Shown here: positions 54,750 to 63,382 of the stretch, in pieces
Layout: each line of letters starts with the position of its first letter
How positions within the stretch are numbered: position 1 is the first letter of the stretch
NCBI GenBank assembly: GCA_025928645.1
Contig: JAICJD010000002.1
Span: forward strand, 1-63,382
Direction of reading: 5' to 3'
DNA length: 63,382 bases
Origin: Gemmatimonadales bacterium
Lineage (GTDB): Bacteria; Gemmatimonadota; Gemmatimonadetes; Gemmatimonadales; GWC2-71-9
Notes under the pieces: model-generated
What the model saw: only the letters and a program-made list of their open reading frames with translations
What the model was told of the DNA's origin: nothing
Database searches by the model: none
Translations under genes and position numbers: made by a program

Positions 54750-54778
54750 TCTATATTTAGCTGGTATTTCCGGTTCAA
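54750..54778 (-). promoter_or_regulatory. Candidate sigma-70 promoter for the OM beta-barrel gene
   Basis: The minus strand reads TTGAAC (54778-54773), a 17-nt spacer, then TATAGA (54755-54750), inside an AT-rich patch about 120 nt upstream of the ATG. Motif match only. Confidence 0.4.
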
Positions 54779-54924
54779 TTCCTGGCTCGGCGCCAGCCCG
54801 TTTGGGGTCTGGATCGCCGCCGAGTGCAAGATTTTGCAGCGCGGGGTGCACGGGGCTCTGGAGAGCCGCAAGGATCCGGGTGTACCTTCGACCCTTCGAC
54901 CAAGTCCACCCCCGGCCTGGGTTC

Positions 54925-56496
54925 ATGCTCCTCTTCGAACTGGTCATCGCGCTCCTCATGCTCGGCGCCGCGCTCGCCGCGGTGGCCCGGCGGCTGAACG
55001 TCCCCTACCCCGCCCTGCTCGCCTTGGCCGGGGCGGGGCTCGCTCTCCTCCCGGACGTGCCGGTCGTGAGCCTCGATCCCGGGCTCGCGCTCACCCTGCT
55101 GGTCGCGCCCGTGCTGCTGGACGCGGCATTTGATTCGTCGCCCCGTGACCTCAGGCAGAACTGGCGCGCGGTCACGGGGCTGGCGCTGATCGCCGTGGGG
55201 TTCACGGTGGCCGCGGTGGCCGTGGTCGCGCGCGCGATCCTCCCTGGCATGCCCTGGGCAGCTGCCATCGCCCTCGGCGCGATCGTCGCGCCGCCCGACG
55301 CCGCCGCGGCGACCGCCGTGCTGCGCCAGTTGCGCCCGCCGCACCGGATCCTGGTCGTGCTCGAGGGCGAGAGCCTGTTCAACGATGCGAGCGCGCTCCT
55401 CGTGTATCGGCTGGCGGTCGGCGCCGCCGTCACCGGCGCCTTCGCGGGCTGGGGCGTCGTTCCGCTGCTCGCCGGCGTCGCGGTCGGCAGCATCGTGCTC
55501 GGCGCCGTGTTGTCGCGCCTCCTCATCTGGCTCGCCCCACGGATCACCGACGTGGCCACCGCCGTGGTCGTGCAGTTCCTCAGCACCTTCGCGGTCTGGC
55601 TGCTGGCGGAGCGGCTGCACTTGTCGGGGATCATCACGGTGGTCGTGTACGCCATCCTGGTCGCCCGCACCGTGCCCGACCGCATCTCGGGCCGGCTGCG
55701 CATCCAGAGCTACGCGGTATGGGAAGTGGTGGTCTTCGTCCTCAACGTGCTGGCGTTCATCCTGATCGGGCTCCAGCTCAAGCCGATCCTGGGCCGGCTC
55801 ACCCATGGCGAGCTCGTCACCTACGGCACGGCGGCCGCCGCGGTCCTGGCGGCGGTGATCGCGGTCCGCATCCTCTGGGTGATACTGTACGCCGGGGCGG
55901 TCCGCCGGGCCGGCGAGCGGCTCAGCGCCGGCGAGGCGACTGTGATCGCGTGGTGCGGGATGCGCGGCATCGTCACGCTGGCCGCCGCGCTGGCGTTGCC
56001 CGATGGCGCGCCGGGTGACGGTTTCCCCTATCGCGGCTTCATCGTGCTCACGGCCTTCTCCGTCGTGCTGGGTACGCTGGTGATACAGGGAATGACGGTC
56101 CGGCCGCTGATGCGGGCGGTCTGCCTCCGGGACGACGGCTCGGTGGACCGCGAAGTCCGTCTGGCCCGCATCGAGACCGCCCGCGCGGGACTTGCCGTGG
56201 TGGACCGGACTACGGACGGCGGCGACATTGTGGCCTTTCTGCGGCGGAAGTATGCGGCCCGGCTCCGGCGGGCGGAGCGCGAGGCCCAGGGCGGCGTGCC
56301 CGATCCGGAACTCGAGAGCTGGCGCGAGTACGCGCAGGTCGTGGAGCGGGCCCAGTCCGCCGAGCGGCGGACGCTGTCCGACCTGCGCACGCGGGGCGTG
56401 ATCGGAGACGACGCGTTCCATCTCGTCGAGGAGGAGCTGGACTGGTCGGAGGTCAATACCCAGGCACGGAAGGCGGCCGGCCCTGACGGCGCCTAA
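54925..56496 (+). CDS. nhaP: Na+/H+ antiporter (CPA1/NhaP type) with a C-terminal cytoplasmic domain
   Basis: MLLFELVIALLMLGAALAAVARRLNVPYPALLALAG, GAIVAPPDAAAATAVL, LEGESLFNDASALLVYRLAV, and WCGMRGIVTLAAAL. Confidence 0.9.
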   Translation: MLLFELVIALLMLGAALAAVARRLNVPYPALLALAGAGLALLPDVPVVSLDPGLALTLLVAPVLLDAAFDSSPRDLRQNWRAVTGLALIAVGFTVAAVAVVARAILPGMPWAAAIALGAIVAPPDAAAATAVLRQLRPPHRILVVLEGESLFNDASALLVYRLAVGAAVTGAFAGWGVVPLLAGVAVGSIVLGAVLSRLLIWLAPRITDVATAVVVQFLSTFAVWLLAERLHLSGIITVVVYAILVARTVPDRISGRLRIQSYAVWEVVVFVLNVLAFILIGLQLKPILGRLTHGELVTYGTAAAAVLAAVIAVRILWVILYAGAVRRAGERLSAGEATVIAWCGMRGIVTLAAALALPDGAPGDGFPYRGFIVLTAFSVVLGTLVIQGMTVRPLMRAVCLRDDGSVDREVRLARIETARAGLAVVDRTTDGGDIVAFLRRKYAARLRRAEREAQGGVPDPELESWREYAQVVERAQSAERRTLSDLRTRGVIGDDAFHLVEEELDWSEVNTQARKAAGPDGA

Positions 56497-56592
56497 CCCG
56501 AGCCCTGCTGGCGCTGGTGTTCCCCCGGGCGCCGTCTCAGATTATCTGCGTTCGCCAGTGCCACGACCCGCCTTGCTCTCCCAGGAGTCGCG

Positions 56593-57216
56593 ATGACGTC
56601 CGCTCCTCCTCCCGCGCCCGACGAGCCGGGAATCTCCCGCGCGCTCGCCGCGCTCCGCTCGCTCCTCATTCCCGGCGAGGAGCTGCTGACGCACGCCGTC
56701 CAGCGTCGGCTCTTCGCGCTCACGCACCGGCGGGTCATCGTCGGCGCCACCTCCGGCCGCCTGATTCTGCTCGAGCGCGGGCTGTTCGGCGGCTACGCGC
56801 CGCAGGACGTCCGCTGGCAGGACCTCCAGGATGCCCAGCTCCGCGTCGGCATCTTCGGCGCGACGCTCAGCGTCAGCGTGTTCGGCTCCGCCGACCTCGC
56901 CACCGCCGAGGGTCCGCATCGGATGCTGCGCGTCGAAGGACTGCGGAAGGAGCAGGCGCAGGAGGTCTACCGGGCGTGCCAGGCCCAGGAGCAGGCCTGG
57001 CGCGAGAAGCGCCGGGTCCGCGAGCTCGAGGAGCTGCGGGCCAAGTCGGGCGGGATCAACCTGTCCGGCGGGCTCGGCGGCGGCGGCGCGGCCGCGGGCG
57101 ACGGCGCCCAAGCCCTCGCGGGCCGGCTCCAGCGCGCGAAGGAGATGCTGCAGCAGGGTCTGCTCACCGATGCGGAGTTCGAGCAGGTCAAGGCGCGCAT
57201 CCTGTCGGAGCTCTAG
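56593..57216 (+). CDS. Bacterial PH-domain (bPH_2/YdbS-like) protein with C-terminal SHOCT domain
   Basis: LIPGEELLTHAVQRRLFALTHRRVIVGATSGRLILLERGLFGGY...LRVEGL (PH-like), a G-rich linker, and LQRAKEMLQQGLLTDAEFEQVKARILSEL (SHOCT). Confidence 0.75.
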   Translation: MTSAPPPAPDEPGISRALAALRSLLIPGEELLTHAVQRRLFALTHRRVIVGATSGRLILLERGLFGGYAPQDVRWQDLQDAQLRVGIFGATLSVSVFGSADLATAEGPHRMLRVEGLRKEQAQEVYRACQAQEQAWREKRRVRELEELRAKSGGINLSGGLGGGGAAAGDGAQALAGRLQRAKEMLQQGLLTDAEFEQVKARILSEL

Positions 57217-58778
57217 CTGACCCTCGGCGACCTGGTCGAGACATCCCGAGCCGTCGCCTCCACGCGGAGCCGGCGCGACAAGATCGCTCGGCTCGCGAGC
57301 CTCCTCGCCACGGCGCCGCCGGACGAGGCGGCTCTCGCCACCGCCTATCTCTGCGGCGTCGTTCCCCAGCCGAAGCTCGGTGTGGGGTGGGCGGGTCTTC
57401 AGGCTGCCGCCGCGGCGACGCCCGTGCCGTCGGAGCGCGCCGAGGCCGCGCCCCAGCCCGTGACGCTGCTCGAGCTGGACGGCGCCTTCGAGAGGATCGC
57501 GGCGAGCATCGGCAAAGGCTCGGCCGAAGCCAGACAGCGGATCCTGCGCGAGCTGCTGGCCCGCCTCGGCGAGGACGAGCGCCGCTTCCTATTCGGCCTC
57601 GTGACCGGCGAGCTCCGTCAGGGAGCGCTGGAAGGGCTCGTGGTCGAGGCGGTCGCCCGGGCGGCCGAGCTGCCGGCGGCGGACGTGCGCCGCGCGGTGA
57701 TGCTGGCCGGCGACCTCCCGCAGGTCGCGGCCGCGGTGCTTGCTGAAGGCGCCGCGGGCCTCGCGACGTTTTCGCTCCAGCTGTTCCGGCCGATCGGCCC
57801 GATGCTGGCCGGCGCCGCGACAGCATCGACGAGGCGCTCGCCGAGCTGGGAGAGGCGTTGGTGGAGTGGAAGCTCGACGGCGCGCGAGTGCAGGTACACA
57901 AGTCGGGTGACGACGTGCGGGTGTACTCCCGCCTGCTCAACGACGTGACCGAGGCGGTTCCCGAGCTGGTCGAGGCGGCCCGGCGGCTCGGGTGGCCGGA
58001 GCTGATCCTCGAGGGCGAGGCGATCGCGCTCCGGCCGGACGGCGCGCCGCTTCCCTTTCAGACCACGATGACCCGGTTCGGCCGCCGGCTCGACGTGGCC
58101 CGCGCGCGGGAAACCGTCCCACTCACGCTGTTCCTGTTCGACCTCCTCTACCTCGACGGGCGGTCGCTGCTGGACCAACCCCTCGAGCGCCGGGCAGAGG
58201 GCCTCGCGTCGGTGGTCCCGGCGGAGCTGCTCACGCCCCGGCTGGTCACATCGTCGGTGGATGAGGCACGCGGGTTTTTCGAGTCCACGCTCGCGCGGGG
58301 GCACGAAGGCGTCATGGTCAAGGCGCTTGATTCGCCCTACGAGGCCGGCCGGCGCGGCCGGCGCTGGCTCAAGGTCAAGCCGGTCCGCACGCTCGATCTG
58401 GTCGTGCTCGCCGCCGAGTGGGGTCACGGCCGCCGACACGGCTGGCTCAGCAACCTTCACCTCGGCGCCCGCGATCCGGAGACCGGCGGGTTCGTCATGC
58501 TGGGCAAGACCTTCAAGGGCATGACCGACGAGATGCTGGCCTGGCAGACCGGGCGGCTGCTTGAGCTCGAGACCGGGCGCGAAGGCCATGTCGTCCAGGT
58601 CCGCCCCGAGCTGGTCGTCGAGGTGGCGTTCAACGACCTGCAGGCGAGCCCGCAGTACCCCGGCGGCCTCGCGCTGCGCTTCGCTCGGGTCAAGGGCTAC
58701 CGGCCCGACAAACTGGCCGCCGATGCGGACACGATCGGCACCCTGCGCGAGATCTGGCAGCGCCAGTCCGGCAGCTGA
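57217..58778 (+). pseudogene. ATP-dependent DNA ligase (LigB/Lig1 type: DNA-binding, adenylation and OB domains), disrupted: no ATG/GTG at the expected start and a 1-nt frameshift near 57819
   Basis: Frame 1 from 57217 reads LTLGDLVETSRAVASTRSRRDKIARLASLL...GELRQGALEGLVVEAVA...FRPIGPMLAGAA. Frame 0 continues DSIDEALAELGEALVEWKLDGARVQVHK...EGVMVKAL...RRWLKVKP...LRFARVKGYRPDK. The join needs one extra base in gccgcgaca (57814-57822). CTG at 57217 sits where Met is expected. Sequencing error cannot be excluded. Confidence 0.7.
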
Positions 58779-58855
58779 GGGTCTTCGCCCTGGCGCCGAG
58801 CCGTCCTCCGCACCATCCTACGCCACGCGTTCTTCAACCCTCAAGGAGAGTTCCA

Positions 58856-59752
58856 ATGCCGGCCAAGGCACTACGCGGCTGCGCGCTGTTCTTTGCTGTG
58901 ACCACATTCACGGCCTGCCGCTCCGACCGTCCCCAGACCGATGTCCAGACTTCCGACCAGTCCGCGTCCGCCGCACCCGCCGCAGGGACGGACAGCGGCT
59001 CCAGCCCACGCTTCGTGCATGTGGTGGCGACGGATTACAAGCTCCAGATCCCGAACAAGATCCCTGCGGGTGCGGTCACCCTGCATCTGATGAATGAGGG
59101 CAAGCAGCTTCACCAGGCGATGCTCGCGCGGCTCGAGGATGGCAAGACGATGGCGGATCTGGGGAAGGCCATGAACACCGAAGGTCCGCCGCCGTCGTGG
59201 ATGAAGTTCGTCGGCGGACCCAACGCGATTCCGCCCGGCGGGACGGCCACCGAGACCTCGGTGCTGACGCCCGGCAACTACGTCGCCTTCTGCGTCATTC
59301 CCGACCCCGACGGCAAACCGCACATCGCGAAGGGCATGGTGCAGCCGTTCGAAGTCACATCGGGCCCGGAAGGCACCGCCGCGCTGCCGGCGGCGGACGA
59401 TACCGTGCAACTGGTCGAGTACTCGTTCAAGACCGCCCACCCGATCCCGGCCGGGAAGCGCACGATCCTGGTGGAGAACGGAGGCAAGCAAGGCCACGAG
59501 CTGGTGCTGCTCAAGCTGGCGCCCGGCAAGTCCGCCAAGGATTTCGCCGTCTGGGCGACGACGGGCGGCATGAAGGGGCCGCCGCCCGCCATGCCCATGG
59601 GCGGCGTCGGGACGCTGAGTCAGAACGGCAGCGCCACCTTCACCGCTGATCTGTCTCCCGGTGAGTATGCCTTCGTGTGCTTCATCCCCGACGCGAAGGA
59701 CGGCAAGATGCACGTCGAGCACGGGATGGTCACGCAGTTCACGGTCAGCTAG
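58856..59752 (+). CDS. Lipoprotein with two tandem cupredoxin-like domains
   Basis: Lipobox FAVTTFTAC. Domain 1: TLHLMNEGKQLHQAM...FCVIPDPDGKPHIAKGMVQPFEV. Domain 2: ILVENGGKQGHELVL...VCFIPDAKDGKMHVEHGMVTQFTV. Both show the His...Cys-x9/10-His-x4-Met type-1 copper spacing. AAGGAG Shine-Dalgarno. Confidence 0.7.
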   Translation: MPAKALRGCALFFAVTTFTACRSDRPQTDVQTSDQSASAAPAAGTDSGSSPRFVHVVATDYKLQIPNKIPAGAVTLHLMNEGKQLHQAMLARLEDGKTMADLGKAMNTEGPPPSWMKFVGGPNAIPPGGTATETSVLTPGNYVAFCVIPDPDGKPHIAKGMVQPFEVTSGPEGTAALPAADDTVQLVEYSFKTAHPIPAGKRTILVENGGKQGHELVLLKLAPGKSAKDFAVWATTGGMKGPPPAMPMGGVGTLSQNGSATFTADLSPGEYAFVCFIPDAKDGKMHVEHGMVTQFTVS

Positions 59753-59754
59753 CG

Positions 59755-60663
59755 ATGCGAGTCGGATTCATCGGTCTCGGCAGCATGGGGCTGCCGATGG
59801 CGGACAACCTCCGCCGCGCCGGCCACGAGCTGTGCGTCTACAACCGCACGCGCGCCAGGGCCAGCGAGCTGTCCGGCGTCCGGGTGGCCGGGTCGCCGCG
59901 CGAAGCCGCGACCGGCGCGGAGGTCCTGATCACGATGCTGGCGGACGACACCGCGGTCGAGGAGATGGTGCTCGCCCCGGATGGGGCGATCGAGGGGCTC
60001 CCGCGCGGTGCGGTGCACGCGGGCATGACCACGCTCGGTCACAACCTGGCGGCGCGGCTCGCCGCCGAGCACGGCCGGCGGGGCCAGCAGTACGTGGGCG
60101 CGCCGGTCTTCGGCCGTCCCGACGCCGCACGCGCCGCCAAGCTCTGGATCGTGGCGGCCGGACCCGCGGCCGCCCTCGAGCGCTGTCGCCCGCTGTTCGA
60201 CGCGATGGGCCAGGGTGTCGAGGTCGTCGGTGAGGATCCCGCACAGGCGGCGGTCGTCAAGCTCGCCGGCAACTTCCTGCTGGCGGCGGCCATCGAGGCC
60301 ATGGGCGAGGCCTTCGCCCTGGCGCGCAAGTACGGGATCGAGCCGGCCAGGCTGCTCGAGATCGTGAACGGCCGCGTGCTGCGGTCGCCGGTGTATGAGA
60401 ACTACGGCCGCCTCATCGCCGAGGGCCGCTTCGAGCCGCCCGGGTTCCGGCTCCGCCACGGACTCAAGGACGTCCGCCTGGTGCTCGAGGCCGGCGAGGA
60501 CCGCGCGGTGCCGCTGCCGACCGCGAGCCTGGCGCGGGACCGCTTCCTCGCGGCGGTGGCCCGCGGCTGGGGAGATCTCGACTGGGCCGCGCTCGCGCGG
60601 GTGGCGGCCGTAGCGGCCGGGCTGGACCGCGAAACACTCCCGGCGCCGGCGACCGCGCGGTAG
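59755..60663 (+). CDS. NAD(P)-dependent oxidoreductase (3-hydroxyisobutyrate/6-phosphogluconate dehydrogenase family)
   Basis: MRVGFIGLGSMGLPMADNL, GAPVFGRP, and VKLAGNFLLAAAIEAMGEAFAL. The start is 2 nt after the cupredoxin stop. Confidence 0.9.
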   Translation: MRVGFIGLGSMGLPMADNLRRAGHELCVYNRTRARASELSGVRVAGSPREAATGAEVLITMLADDTAVEEMVLAPDGAIEGLPRGAVHAGMTTLGHNLAARLAAEHGRRGQQYVGAPVFGRPDAARAAKLWIVAAGPAAALERCRPLFDAMGQGVEVVGEDPAQAAVVKLAGNFLLAAAIEAMGEAFALARKYGIEPARLLEIVNGRVLRSPVYENYGRLIAEGRFEPPGFRLRHGLKDVRLVLEAGEDRAVPLPTASLARDRFLAAVARGWGDLDWAALARVAAVAAGLDRETLPAPATAR

Positions 60664-60704
60664 TTTCGCCTGTTCCCCGACAACCCACGATCACGGAGGT
60701 TCCC

Positions 60705-61265
60705 ATGGTGTCGCTTGGCGCGCTCTGGATTCCCGTGCTGGTGTCGGCCGTGCTGGTCTTCGTGGCGAGCAGCATCATCCACATGGTGCTCCGCTATCAC
60801 AACAGCGATTACACGCCGCTCCCGGACGAAGACACCCTGCGCCAGGCGATACGAAGCGCCAACCCGGCGCCCCGCCAGTACATCTTCCCGTACGCGATGG
60901 ACCCGAAGGAGATGAAGTCGCCCGAGGTGCAGCGCAAGTTCGTCGAGGGCCCGGTCGGCGTGCTCACGTTGCGGCGGCCCGGACCGCCGGTCATGGGCGC
61001 CAATCTGGTGCAGTGGTTCGTGTTCACGCTGGTGGTCTCGTTCTTCATCGCCTACGTGGCCGGGCACGCGCTCAGTCCCGGCACCGAATACCTGCGCGTG
61101 TTCCAGCTGGTGGGCGCCGTCGGGTTCCTGGCCTACGCCGCCGGCCAGCTCCCCGCGGCGATCTGGATGGGCAAGCCGTGGTCCATCGCCTGGAAGGAAG
61201 TGTTCGACGGGCTGATCTACGGACTGCTGACGGCGGGCACGTTCGGGTGGCTGTGGCCCAGGTAG
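60705..61265 (+). CDS. Hypothetical membrane protein (186 aa, 4 TM)
   Basis: LWIPVLVSAVLVFVASSIIHMVL, LVQWFVFTLVVSFFIAYVAG, VFQLVGAVGFLAYAAGQL, and GLIYGLLTAGTFGWLW. I recognise no family. Confidence 0.6.
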   Translation: MVSLGALWIPVLVSAVLVFVASSIIHMVLRYHNSDYTPLPDEDTLRQAIRSANPAPRQYIFPYAMDPKEMKSPEVQRKFVEGPVGVLTLRRPGPPVMGANLVQWFVFTLVVSFFIAYVAGHALSPGTEYLRVFQLVGAVGFLAYAAGQLPAAIWMGKPWSIAWKEVFDGLIYGLLTAGTFGWLWPR

Positions 61266-61277
61266 ACAGGCGGCCGA

Positions 61278-63002
61278 TCACCTCGCCCCGGTCGCCGCCT
61301 GGCCGCCCGCACGATCCACCCACCGGGTCAGCACGTAGTAGTTCTCGTCCACTCGGAAGGCATCGGGCCGCTCGAGCGCCAGCGCGGTCGTCTGCCACTG
61401 CGCCGTCGGCGTGAGCCTGGCCGACCGCTCCGCTCCGAGCAGCACGCGGATGGGCATGGCGAACCCCGGCACCACGTCGGCCCACCGGTAGGTCAGGTTC
61501 GATCCGTCCAGCCGGTACTCCAGCGTCGGGACCTTGGTGGTCGTGAGATACTGCTGGAAGATCGTGTGAAGATCGACGCCGGCGTGGTCGCTCATGTAGT
61601 CCTGCACCTGCCGGCCGCTCACGATCTGGTGCGCGAAGCGGGCCTGCACCCCGCGCAGGACGGCGCGCCAGGTGCTGTCGTTCCCCACCACCTGGCGGAT
61701 CGTGTGCAGCATATTTCCGCCCTTGTAGTACATGTCCAGCGGCCCATCGGCGTTGACGCCGAACGGCCCCACGATCGGGCGGTCGTTCTTGATCAGCTTG
61801 CGGGTCCCGATCACGTACGCCGCGCCCGCCGCCGCGCCATACCGGCACTCCGTGTACAGCGACTCCGAGTAGTTGGCGAAGCTCTCGTGCAGCCAGTTGT
61901 CGGCGATGTCCTGCGCGGTGACGCTATTGCCCCACCACTCATGCGCGCTCTCGTGGATGACGATGAAGTCCCAGGTGAGCCCCCACCCGGTACCGGAGAG
62001 GTCGGTGCCCTTGTACCCGTTGCGGAATCCGTTGCCATAGGCGACGGCGCTCTGATGCTCCATGCCGAGGTGCGGCGCCTCGATCAGGCGATAGCCGTCA
62101 CGGTACCACGGGTAGGGCCCGAACCAGTGCTCGAAACACTTGAGCATCGGCTGCACCTGCCGCCACTGGTCGCGGGCGAGCTCGAGGTGCTCCGCCAGCG
62201 GCCGGAAGTCGAGCGTGAGCAATCCCGCTTCGCCGGCGTAGGTGTCCGTGAACTCGGCGTAGCGGCCGACGTACGGAGTGACGTCGTAGTTGTTGATCGG
62301 GTTGGTGACGAACCACTCCCACGTGGCCCAGCCGCCCGCGCCGCGCGTGACGCTCCGGAGCCGCCCGTTTGAGATCACCTCGAGCGTGTCCGGCGCGGTG
62401 ATCGCCACCCGCTGGCTGTCCGGCTCGTCCGCCTGGTTGTCCTTGTTGGGCCACCACACGCTGGCGCCCAGCCCCTGGCAGGCGGTAGAGATCCAGGTGT
62501 TCCCCGTCGAGTCGCGCGCCCAGATGAGCCCGCCATCCCACGGCGGCTTGGTGGCCACCGTCGGGCGGCCGTGATAGTAGGCCGTGATCGTCCGGCTGGC
62601 GCCCTTCGGCTGCTTACCCATCGTCACGAAGAACGCGTTGCCGTCGCGCCGGAACGGCAGCCGCCGGCCGTCCTGCACGACGCTGTCCATCTCGAGGGGC
62701 GTCTGCAGGTCGATCTGCATCGCGCGCGCGGGGCCGGTCACCCGATAGGTGATGCCGTTCCAGCCGAGCACCGTGCTGTCCGCGGGGTTGAGCTGGACGT
62801 GCAGGTCGTAGAACGTCACGTCCCACCAGGCACGCTCGGGCGTGATGCTGCCGCGCAGCGTGTCGGCGTGGGTATAGACCTGCTCCTGCGCGGCCAGCGG
62901 ACTCGGCGCGGCGGCGAGAAGCACGGCGAGCGCCACAAGGCGTAGATGAGGAAGGAAGCGCACGCGAACGAATCCTGGTGAGGGGACGAAGGGCCGCGAC
63001 AC
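61278..63002 (-). CDS. M1-family zinc metallopeptidase (aminopeptidase N-like), secreted
   Basis: Signal peptide LRLVALAVLLAAAPSPLAAQ, GMEHQSAV (GxMEN-like), and VIHESAHEWWGNSVT-x-WLHESFANY (HExxH-18-E). Confidence 0.9.
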   Translation of the reverse strand: MSRPFVPSPGFVRVRFLPHLRLVALAVLLAAAPSPLAAQEQVYTHADTLRGSITPERAWWDVTFYDLHVQLNPADSTVLGWNGITYRVTGPARAMQIDLQTPLEMDSVVQDGRRLPFRRDGNAFFVTMGKQPKGASRTITAYYHGRPTVATKPPWDGGLIWARDSTGNTWISTACQGLGASVWWPNKDNQADEPDSQRVAITAPDTLEVISNGRLRSVTRGAGGWATWEWFVTNPINNYDVTPYVGRYAEFTDTYAGEAGLLTLDFRPLAEHLELARDQWRQVQPMLKCFEHWFGPYPWYRDGYRLIEAPHLGMEHQSAVAYGNGFRNGYKGTDLSGTGWGLTWDFIVIHESAHEWWGNSVTAQDIADNWLHESFANYSESLYTECRYGAAAGAAYVIGTRKLIKNDRPIVGPFGVNADGPLDMYYKGGNMLHTIRQVVGNDSTWRAVLRGVQARFAHQIVSGRQVQDYMSDHAGVDLHTIFQQYLTTTKVPTLEYRLDGSNLTYRWADVVPGFAMPIRVLLGAERSARLTPTAQWQTTALALERPDAFRVDENYYVLTRWVDRAGGQAATGAR

Positions 63003-63118
63003 GGCGACGGTATCCTATACCGCCGCCAGATGGGCCGGAACCCGCGGCCTCTACGGCCCGACCGGCCGAAGGTTTCGGGGTGGGGTTCCGTCGCTAATGA
63101 AAAGCAACCACGAAGGGC

Positions 63119-63178
63119 ACGGAGGCACGGAGGGCGCCTGCGAACGGAGGCACGGAGGGCGCCTGCGAACGGAGGCAC
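63119..63178. repeat. Tandem direct repeat, 25-nt unit x 2.4 (ACGGAGGCACGGAGGGCGCCTGCGA), itself containing GGCACGGA octamers
   Basis: Units at 63119-63143 and 63144-63168 are identical, with a partial third at 63169-63178. Preceded by the related cacgaagggc. Lies in the region upstream of the M1 peptidase gene. Confidence 0.85.
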
Positions 63179-63237
63179 CTCGGATCCGGACCACATCAAG
63201 TTGGTGGGGTGTGCTGTCTACGCCTGCGGGGGCCGCC

Positions 63238-63382
63238 TCAGCGCTGCGCGATTTGGATGGGCACAGGCTCCGCGGCGCTGGCCAAAATCTCGTGGCGCAC
63301 TCGGCTCGCGCGGGCCAGCACCAGGCCGGGATAGCGCCAGCAGTCGGGCGTGTTCGTGCCGCGCACGCAGCCGTTGTACCGC
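63238..63382 (-). CDS. C-terminal fragment of an unidentified protein (runs off the window edge)
   Basis: Own translation of the minus strand: ...RYNGCVRGTNTPDCWRYPGLVLARASRVRHEILASAAEPVPIQIAQR-stop (TGA at 63238-63240). Third codon positions are GC-rich and the composition is protein-like. Too short to identify. Confidence 0.4.
   Translation of the reverse strand, partial: RYNGCVRGTNTPDCWRYPGLVLARASRVRHEILASAAEPVPIQIAQR

Noticed and set aside
54775-56421. 548-aa minus-strand ORF
   Set aside because: It is antisense to the Na+/H+ antiporter gene, is R/D/G/H-rich, and has no TM helices or motifs.

Overview
This is a very GC-rich bacterial chromosomal segment (about 70% G+C by eye, not computed), densely coded on both strands. 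The gene content is TamA/TamB, outer-membrane beta-barrels, a MoxR/Bat operon, many exported hydrolases and R/A/G-rich shadow ORFs. That fits a diderm soil bacterium of the Gemmatimonadota/Acidobacteriota type, but the taxon is inference only. I can support about 58 protein-coding genes, two of them partial at the window edges and one probably decayed. I could not recognise any rRNA, tRNA, CRISPR array, transposase, integrase or phage gene. Most of the long ORFs in the six-frame track are antisense or out-of-frame shadows of the real genes, and I rejected them on composition and context.

Observations worth a second look:
1. A family of long palindromic intergenic elements, built from 8-9 nt tandem arrays and/or a shared CCCGAGCGYAGCGAGGG core. 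They sit at gene 3' ends, mostly between convergent genes. Two of them supply the last codons and stop codon of the flanking genes.
2. An overlapping pair of genes: an ATP-grasp ligase and a protein with four zinc ribbons fused to an HExxH peptidase. The substrate is unknown.
3. An NHEJ LigD split into three translationally coupled genes (polymerase, ligase, phosphoesterase). It is preceded by a gene I could not assign to any family, and there is no Ku gene in the window.
4. A second ATP-dependent DNA ligase (LigB type) with two defects. CTG stands where Met is expected, directly after the in-frame TAG of a PH-SHOCT gene, and there is a 1-nt frameshift near 57819.
5. A threonine-synthase-like gene overlapping a MoaD/ThiS-type GG-terminated carrier, which may be a thiocarboxylate-dependent sulfur amino acid route.
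6. A UdgX-type uracil-DNA glycosylase.
7. An 864-aa protein that is coiled coil throughout.

All homology calls come from motif recognition by eye, and no searches were run.
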